A DNA stretch of 10,459 nucleotides from Planctomycetota bacterium (lineage in GTDB: Bacteria; Planctomycetota; UBA11346): the NCBI GenBank assembly GCA_038213805.1, contig JBBQSO010000131.1, positions 1-10,459 on the forward strand. Reading direction: 5' to 3'. Position 1 is the first letter of the stretch. Every line of letters begins with the position of its first letter. Below are positions 5,295 through 10,459 of the stretch, piece after piece. Both the position numbers and the translations under genes were made by a program. Below the pieces are notes generated by a model, which saw nothing but the letters and a program-made list of their open reading frames with translations, ran no database searches and had not been told where the DNA came from.

Positions 5295-7494
5295 CGGGTC
5301 CGGAGGTCCGGAAGTCCGGAAGTCCGGAAGTCCGGACCGCGCGGCGGAGCCGGGGGGCGCATTGGTGTTCGGGCGGCCGCTGCGCGGCTGGGTCGACGCC
5401 CTGCACGTGGTGCTGCTCGTGCCGCTGGTGGCGCTGCGGCCGCTGATTTGGAGCGGGGACGGTACGGGCGCGGATTCACTTGCCTGGCAGGTGCTGGTGC
5501 TGGTGGGATTGGCGGTGGTGCTCGGCGAGAGCCTCAGCGGCTGGCGGCGCGGCTGGCGCTGGGGCTGGAGCGGCGTGCTGGCCGCGCTGCTGACGCTGGT
5601 CCTGCTGCCGGCGGCGGCGCGCTCGCCGCAGGGCGCCGAGGGTTGGGGCCTGTGGGGCATGCTGGTCGTGCACCTCGGCTTCGCTGCCTACCTGATGCAG
5701 GCGGTGCCGGGCCGCGAACGCCTCGCGCTCGCGGCGCTCCTGGCCGGGGTGGTGGGGGAATGCGTGGTGGCGCTGTTCCAGCCGCTGTGGGTGTTCCCGG
5801 CCATGCACACGGCGCTCGCCGCGGGCGATCCGACCCTGGTCCGCCTCGACGGCCTCCACGGCGACCTCGATGAGCGCCTGCGCAACGGCGGCGTCTACGG
5901 CACGTTCACGCTGGCCAACACCCTGGCCGCCTTCCTGGTGCTGGTCGGACCGGCCTGCGTCGCACTGGCCGCGCGCGCCACCGGCTGGGCGCGCTGGCCC
6001 GCGCTCGCAGTGACCGGCCTCGCCGTCGCGGCGCTGGCGCTGACCGCCAGCAAGGGCGCGTGGCTGGCGCTGGCCGTGGCCGCGGGACTTGCCTGGTGCC
6101 TGCTGCAGCGAGGGCGCGGACGCTGGTTGCCGCTGGTGGTCGCGCTGCCGCTGGTCGCGCTGCTGGCTACGCGCATCCCGGCCGGCCTGGCGGCCAGCGC
6201 GCAGGTGCGGATCGGCTATTGGCAAGGCGCTGCGACGTTGATCAGCGAGGCACCGCTCACTGGGCACGGCCTGCGCGCCTTCGCCACGCTCTCACCGCGC
6301 GCCTTGCCGCTCGCTGCAGAGCCCACCCGCTACGTGCATGACGAGCCGCTCGAGGCGGCCGTGGATGCCGGGCTGCCGGCGGCGCTGCTGCTCACCGCGT
6401 TGCTGGCGCTGTTGGCGTTGCAGCGGTCTCCGGCACAGAGTGCGGAGTGCGGAGTGCGGAGTGCCACAGATGAGCGCACTCCGCACTGCACACTCCTCAC
6501 CCCGCACCCCGATGTTCCGACCGTCCTCGTGGCCCTGCCGGTCTTCCTGCTCACGCCCACGTGCGCCGCACTCGGCATGCTCGACAGCGCGCTGGGCTGG
6601 TGGCCGGGCGGCGCCAGCGGCACCGGCTGGCTGGCCTGGACCCTGGCCATGGGCGCGCTGCTCGCCGTCGTCACCGTCCTCGCCCGGCGGCTGCCAGTGC
6701 CGCCGGCCTGGGCCTGGCGCCTCGGCCTGGGCGCCCTGGCCCTGCACTGCCTGATCGATTTCGACCTGCACAGCCCGGCGATCTGGGGCACGTTGGCGGT
6801 GGCAGCGACCCTAGCCACTGGAGCCAGCGGTACCGCGCGCATCTGCGCGGTGACACGACCGCACTTGACGTTCGCCCTGCTCGCCGTGCTCGCCCTGGGC
6901 GCGGGTCTGGGCTTCGGCATGCTCCGCTCGGGCGAGTTGCTGGCCGCCGACGCGCTGCTCGCCGCCCTCGATGAGGCGCGCAGCGCGGTCGCCACCCGCA
7001 GCGCCACAGCGGGTGCGGACCTCGCCGCCCTGGCCGCCGACCTGGACCTGGACCCGCCACCGGCAACCCACCCGGCCCAGGTACTGGCCGTCCTCACCGC
7101 GCCGCTGCTCGCACGCGTCGCCACCCTGGCGGCCCATTGGCCGCACAGTCCCGCGCTCGATCTGGAGCTCGCCGAGCGTACCCCGCCGGGAGCGGAGCGG
7201 CTTGCGCGCAGCGCCGCCCTGGTCGCCACCCAGCCGGCGAGCGCGGCGGCGCATCTGCTGTACGCCGACGACCTCGCCGATGCGGGCCGCTGGGATCAGG
7301 CGCTGGACGAGGCCGCGGTCGTCCTGCGCCTCAGCCCGGCCGCGCTCACCCGTCGCCAGCACATCGCCTGGCTCTACGCACGCGCCGCCCGCGCCCTGCC
7401 CAGCCGCGCCACACAACTGGACGCGCTGGCGGCGGCCGAGCGTGCGCACATCGCGGCCTTGCTGACCGTGGTCAATCCGCGCAATAGGCCGTAG
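5287..7494 (+). CDS. O-antigen ligase / O-oligosaccharyltransferase-like (Wzy_C) multi-pass membrane protein with C-terminal TPR-like region, about 735 aa
   Basis: YGTFTLANTLAAFL, LTASKGAWLA, RIGYWQGA...PLTGHG, YVHDEPLE (equivalent to HAHN..L), LHCLIDFDLH; C-terminal AHLLYADDLADAGRWDQALDEAAVVLRLSP is TPR-like. The ATG at 5287 overlaps the upstream stop (ATGAGTGA); TTG 5362 and GTG 5365 are in-frame alternative starts. Confidence 0.82.
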   Translation: MSDGSGGPEVRKSGSPDRAAEPGGALVFGRPLRGWVDALHVVLLVPLVALRPLIWSGDGTGADSLAWQVLVLVGLAVVLGESLSGWRRGWRWGWSGVLAALLTLVLLPAAARSPQGAEGWGLWGMLVVHLGFAAYLMQAVPGRERLALAALLAGVVGECVVALFQPLWVFPAMHTALAAGDPTLVRLDGLHGDLDERLRNGGVYGTFTLANTLAAFLVLVGPACVALAARATGWARWPALAVTGLAVAALALTASKGAWLALAVAAGLAWCLLQRGRGRWLPLVVALPLVALLATRIPAGLAASAQVRIGYWQGAATLISEAPLTGHGLRAFATLSPRALPLAAEPTRYVHDEPLEAAVDAGLPAALLLTALLALLALQRSPAQSAECGVRSATDERTPHCTLLTPHPDVPTVLVALPVFLLTPTCAALGMLDSALGWWPGGASGTGWLAWTLAMGALLAVVTVLARRLPVPPAWAWRLGLGALALHCLIDFDLHSPAIWGTLAVAATLATGASGTARICAVTRPHLTFALLAVLALGAGLGFGMLRSGELLAADALLAALDEARSAVATRSATAGADLAALAADLDLDPPPATHPAQVLAVLTAPLLARVATLAAHWPHSPALDLELAERTPPGAERLARSAALVATQPASAAAHLLYADDLADAGRWDQALDEAAVVLRLSPAALTRRQHIAWLYARAARALPSRATQLDALAAAERAHIAALLTVVNPRNRP
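5298..5337. repeat. Octamer tandem repeat (GTCCGGAN)x5
   Basis: GTCCGGAG-GTCCGGAA-GTCCGGAA-GTCCGGAA-GTCCGGAC read directly; each unit contains the palindrome TCCGGA. Confidence 0.95.
6438..6509. repeat. Heptamer-armed palindrome inside a CDS: (GAGTGCG)x3-GAGTGC, 11-nt loop, degenerate (CGCACTC)x5
   Basis: Left arm 6438-6464; right units CGCACTC, CGCACTG, CACACTC, CTCACCC, CGCACCC at 6475-6509. Translates in frame as SAECGVRSATDERTPHCTLLTPHP. Confidence 0.9.
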
Positions 7495-7498
7495 GGGA

Positions 7499-7610
7499 GG
7501 GTCCGGAAGTCCGGAAGTCGTCGGAAAACGACGATCCGGACTGCGATCCATGTCGCCTGCCGAGCCTGACGGGGTCGACCGGGGCTGCCGGACCTCGCAC
7601 TGCCGGACCC
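7499..7610. repeat. GTCCGGAA-based palindromic element after the ligase-like gene
   Basis: (GTCCGGAA)x2 at 7501-7516; 14-bp hairpin 7508-7542 with a 2-nt bulge and GAAAA loop; degenerate inverse units CTGCCGGACC at 7585-7594 and 7600-7609. Confidence 0.75.
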
Positions 7611-7640
7611 TCTGCCCTGGCGTTCCCGGCGCTGCTCGGG

Positions 7641-7646
7641 TACACT
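7641..7646 (+). promoter_or_regulatory. Candidate -10 hexamer TACACT, 5 nt upstream of the S41 protease ATG
   Basis: TAnnnT match immediately before ATG 7652; no SD. Confidence 0.45.
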
Positions 7647-7651
7647 GCTCC

Positions 7652-9166
7652 ATGCGTCCCCATTTCATCCTCGCGCTGCCCTTCCTCGGCCTGCTCGCGG
7701 CTGCCGAACCCGAGACGCCGCCGGCACCGCATGGCGAACCCGCGGCGGCGAGCAGCCCTGCTGAGCATCCGGCCATCAGCCACCCCGCGGCCGAGGCAGG
7801 GCCCGAGGTGCACCAGGCGCCTGAAGCCCACCCGGCAAGCACTGGGCACGCCTCCGCGGAGGCTCAGCCCGGCCACACTGCCGCCAGCGAGCAGACCGCC
7901 GCGCACGCGGCCGGTGAGCAAGCCGCCGCGCATGCCGATGCGGCTCCCGACATGCACGATCTGGTCGCGCAGCTCAACCAGCTCAATGACGTCATCGCCC
8001 TGATCCAGCGCGAGCACGCCGACGGCATCGACCACGACCTGCTGTGGAACGGCGCGCTCAAGGGCCTCGCCCAGACCCTCGACGCGCACAGCGACTACCT
8101 GGGCAAGGAGGAGCTCGCGCTCTACGGCGCCGGCGAGAGCGCGCAGGTGTTCGGCTTCGGCTTTGATTGGCGCATCGACGAGCAGGGCATGGTCCAGGTG
8201 GTGCGCGTGTTGCCGGGCTCGCCCGCCGAGGCCGCCGGCCTGTGTGTCCACGACCGCCTTGAGCGCGCCGCGGACGCCCCCCTGCAGGGCGTGGCCCGTG
8301 CCATGGTCGCGCGCGCCATCGCACGCTGCGGCGACCGCCTGCCGCTGGTGCTGCGCCAGGCCGACGGCAGCCACCTCGAGGCCACCCTCGAGCGCGCCCA
8401 CCTCGACGATCCCGGCGTCGGTCGCGGCGAGTTCGTCGACCGGGCGCGCGGCATCGCCTGCGTGCGCATCAGCCGCTTCTTCGCGGCGCCGCCCAGCCCC
8501 GACGGCGAGCACGAGACCGCCGCGGGCAGCGCCACCGCCAGCGCACTGCGCGCCGAGCTCGAGCGCCTGCGCGGCGACAACCTGCACGGCCTGATCCTTG
8601 ACCTGCGCGGCAACGGCGGCGGCAACCTCGCCGCGGCGCTGGCGTGCGCCGAGGGTTTCCTCTCGCCCGGCGCCGACGGCCCGGCGGTGATCGCCACCCA
8701 GGTCAGCCACAATCCGCAGCACGCCGCGGTCTTCACCGCGGCGCGCGGCGCCAAGCGTTGGCCGAGCTGGCCGGTGGTGCTGCTGGTCGACGGGGGCACC
8801 GCTTCCAGCGCAGAGGTCTTCGCCGCCGCGCTTCAGGACCACCGCCGCGCGGTGCTGGTCGGCGCGCCGACCCTGGGCAAGGACACGGTGCAGCAGGTCT
8901 TCCTGCTGCCGGCCGGCGACGGCCTGCTGCTGACCGTCGCGCGCCTGCACGGCCCGAGCGGACGGAGCTGGGCGAACGATGGTCTGGTCCCCGACGTGGT
9001 GGTCGCCCAGGACGACCTCGCCCGCCTGCGCCTGGCGCGGCGCGCCCAACTGGTGGCCGCCGGCAAACCGCTGCCGCCAGATCTGATGGCGGCGCGCGAC
9101 GAGCCTCTGGTGCGCGCCCGCGAGCTGCTCACCGCCCTGGTGGCGCACGGCCCCACCCGCCCGTAG
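7652..9166 (+). CDS. S41-family carboxyl-terminal processing protease (CtpA/Prc-like) with signal peptide and PDZ domain, about 504 aa
   Basis: Signal peptide MRPHFILALPFLGLLAAA; ALKGLAQTLDAHSDY; PDZ FGFG...VVRVLPGSPAEAAGL..HDRL; LILDLRGNGGG; catalytic Ser in TASSAE; catalytic Lys in TLGKDTVQ; GLVPDVVV. Confidence 0.92.
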   Translation: MRPHFILALPFLGLLAAAEPETPPAPHGEPAAASSPAEHPAISHPAAEAGPEVHQAPEAHPASTGHASAEAQPGHTAASEQTAAHAAGEQAAAHADAAPDMHDLVAQLNQLNDVIALIQREHADGIDHDLLWNGALKGLAQTLDAHSDYLGKEELALYGAGESAQVFGFGFDWRIDEQGMVQVVRVLPGSPAEAAGLCVHDRLERAADAPLQGVARAMVARAIARCGDRLPLVLRQADGSHLEATLERAHLDDPGVGRGEFVDRARGIACVRISRFFAAPPSPDGEHETAAGSATASALRAELERLRGDNLHGLILDLRGNGGGNLAAALACAEGFLSPGADGPAVIATQVSHNPQHAAVFTAARGAKRWPSWPVVLLVDGGTASSAEVFAAALQDHRRAVLVGAPTLGKDTVQQVFLLPAGDGLLLTVARLHGPSGRSWANDGLVPDVVVAQDDLARLRLARRAQLVAAGKPLPPDLMAARDEPLVRARELLTALVAHGPTRP

Positions 9167-9187
9167 GCTGCGGCCAGCGGAGTCACC

Positions 9188-9688
9188 ATGGCCAAGAGCG
9201 ACGACCTGCGCCCCGCGCGTGCAGCGCCCCGGAGCGCGCAGGATGGCAATGAAAAGCGCCCGCTCGGCGGCGGACCGCCAAAGCTCAAGCTGCATCTCAT
9301 CCAGCAGCTCAAGATGCTCGCGATGTTCAATATCGTGCCGATCGTCGTGGTCACCTGGCTGGCCTGGGAATACCATGTCGGCCACGTCCGCCTCAACCGG
9401 CCGATCGGCCAGCATCAGATCCGCGACCTCGCCCTGGTCGGCGTCGCCTGTCTGGTCCTGGCGCTGAGCGGCTGGGTCATGCTCCCCTTCGGCCGCTGGC
9501 TGCGCGCCTACCCCGCCTGGCAGCTGCGCCACAGCGACAGCGCCTGGGTCTGGCTGCTGCCGACCGGCGCCGGCTGGCTCGCCTGGGCCCTGATCTGGCT
9601 GGTCACCATCGCCACCAGCCTGGTGTGCATCGCCCTGTTGGTCGAATCCATTCGTGACCTCGCTCAAGGCGCCGGCGTTGCCGGCTGA
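9188..9688 (+). CDS. Hypothetical integral membrane protein, 166 aa, about 3-4 TM segments
   Basis: SD GGAG 5 nt before ATG, 21 nt after the protease stop; strong GC3 bias; basic N-terminus followed by hydrophobic Trp-rich segments. No family recognised. Confidence 0.8.
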   Translation: MAKSDDLRPARAAPRSAQDGNEKRPLGGGPPKLKLHLIQQLKMLAMFNIVPIVVVTWLAWEYHVGHVRLNRPIGQHQIRDLALVGVACLVLALSGWVMLPFGRWLRAYPAWQLRHSDSAWVWLLPTGAGWLAWALIWLVTIATSLVCIALLVESIRDLAQGAGVAG

Positions 9689-9699
9689 CGCCGGCAGGG

Positions 9700-9750
9700 C
9701 CCTAGACCCTAGACCCTAGACCGGCTCCTAGGGTCTAGGGTCTAGGGTCT
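9700..9750. repeat. Perfect heptamer-armed palindrome (CCCTAGA)x3, loop, (CTAGGGT)x3
   Basis: 9700-9719 is the exact reverse complement of 9728-9747 (20-bp stem, 8-nt loop ACCGGCTC), starting 11 nt after the stop at 9688. No U-tract follows. Confidence 0.95.
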
Positions 9751-9820
9751 CTCCCTCGCAAGCGGCATTGACCTCCGCATCCGCGGACGACCGCGCCGTG
9801 CCCCTCGCACCTTGCGCCCC

Positions 9821-9826
9821 TACCAT
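9821..9826 (+). promoter_or_regulatory. Candidate -10 hexamer TACCAT upstream of the last ORF
   Basis: TAnnnT match 7 nt before ATG 9834 and 20 nt before ATG 9847. Confidence 0.35.
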
Positions 9827-9846
9827 TCCCCGGATGGTCTGAGCCC

Positions 9847-10459
9847 ATGCTGCCCGATGCCCCGTCCGAGGAGCTGCTCGCGGCCTTCCTCTCCGCCCAC
9901 GCCCAGGGTTCGGCGGTTCCGGCGGCGCTGTTCGCGCGCGGCGAAGAGCTCCACCACCGTCTCGCGGCGGCGCCCCCCGCCAGCCCGGCGTGGGGCCGCT
10001 TCCTGGTCGCGATGGGCCAGCTCGCCGCCGAGCACCTTGACGATGCCCAGGCCGCCAGCCGCTATTTCCTCGCCGCGCTGCAGGGTGTCGCCCATCATGG
10101 CGACATCGAGGCCGCGGTCACCGCCGGCTACGACCAGGGCGTCCTCCAGGAGCGCCGCGGCAATCCCACGCATGCGCGCGCCGCTTACCGCGCCGCCGCC
10201 GCCGAGGGCCTGCGCCTGGGCGCCATCGCCGCCAACACCCTGCGCGCCGGCACCGCCGCGGTGCGCCTGGCCTTCGCCGCATACGGCGAGCTCGGCGAAT
10301 TCGCACCCCTGCTCAAGCAGACCTGGCTCGGCTGGCTGTGGCTGCGCCGGCACGACCCCGCGCAGCTCGATGCGCCCCTCTCCAGCGAACTCGGCCGCCA
10401 ACTCGCCGCCTTCCTGCTGCCTGAGGACGATCCCGGCGAACTCATCCACCAGTGGCGCG
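9847..10459 (+). CDS. Hypothetical alpha-helical / TPR-like protein, 3'-truncated by the window edge
   Basis: Manual translation is open to the end: MLPDAPSEELLAAFLSAHAQG...AWGRFLVAMGQLAAEHLDDAQAASRYFLAAL...AGYDQGVLQERRGNPTHARAAYRAAA...LIHQWR. Two TPR-like helix pairs and strong GC3 bias. Absent from the ORF track because it has no stop. Confidence 0.8.
   Translation, partial: MLPDAPSEELLAAFLSAHAQGSAVPAALFARGEELHHRLAAAPPASPAWGRFLVAMGQLAAEHLDDAQAASRYFLAALQGVAHHGDIEAAVTAGYDQGVLQERRGNPTHARAAYRAAAAEGLRLGAIAANTLRAGTAAVRLAFAAYGELGEFAPLLKQTWLGWLWLRRHDPAQLDAPLSSELGRQLAAFLLPEDDPGELIHQWR

Noticed and set aside
7472..9667. 731-aa minus-strand ORF
   Set aside because: Mirror frame of the protease and membrane-protein genes; no recognisable domain.
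5298..9750. Repeats as a CRISPR array or telomere/telomerase product
   Set aside because: No 23-47 nt repeats with unique regular spacers and no cas genes. The CCCTAGA array has only three units per arm and is internal, so the telomere resemblance is probably coincidental.
9820..10449. 209-aa minus-strand ORF from the track
   Set aside because: The plus-strand frame from 9847 has better codon bias and TPR-like features; this ORF is its shadow.
1..10459. tRNA, rRNA or known riboswitch
   Set aside because: No cloverleaf, T-loop or riboswitch consensus recognised by eye; an Infernal/Rfam scan would be needed to exclude them fully.

Overview
Very GC-rich bacterial DNA; gene style and repeats are reminiscent of Planctomycetota/PVC, but taxonomy cannot be proven here. 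Left to right: the left end of an IS3-like element with the first 26 codons of its transposase (1-139, minus strand); ribonuclease D; a convergent stand-alone Ser/Thr kinase; CinA (minus); then on the plus strand a WecA/MraY-family polyprenyl-phosphate sugar-1-P transferase overlapping an O-antigen-ligase/O-OTase-like membrane protein with a TPR-like tail, an S41 (CtpA-like) protease, a small membrane protein and a truncated helical/TPR-like ORF missing from the ORF track. The genes are mostly ordinary. The unusual layer is six loci of short-tandem-repeat arrays or palindromes built from four different 7-8 nt units (GAGTGCG, GTCCGGAA, CGCCAAGA, CCCTAGA). They sit at gene junctions and, in one or two cases, in frame inside a gene. 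Also notable are a MinD-like amphipathic motif in the activation segment of a non-RD kinase, and -10-like hexamers just upstream of several start codons, suggesting leaderless mRNAs.
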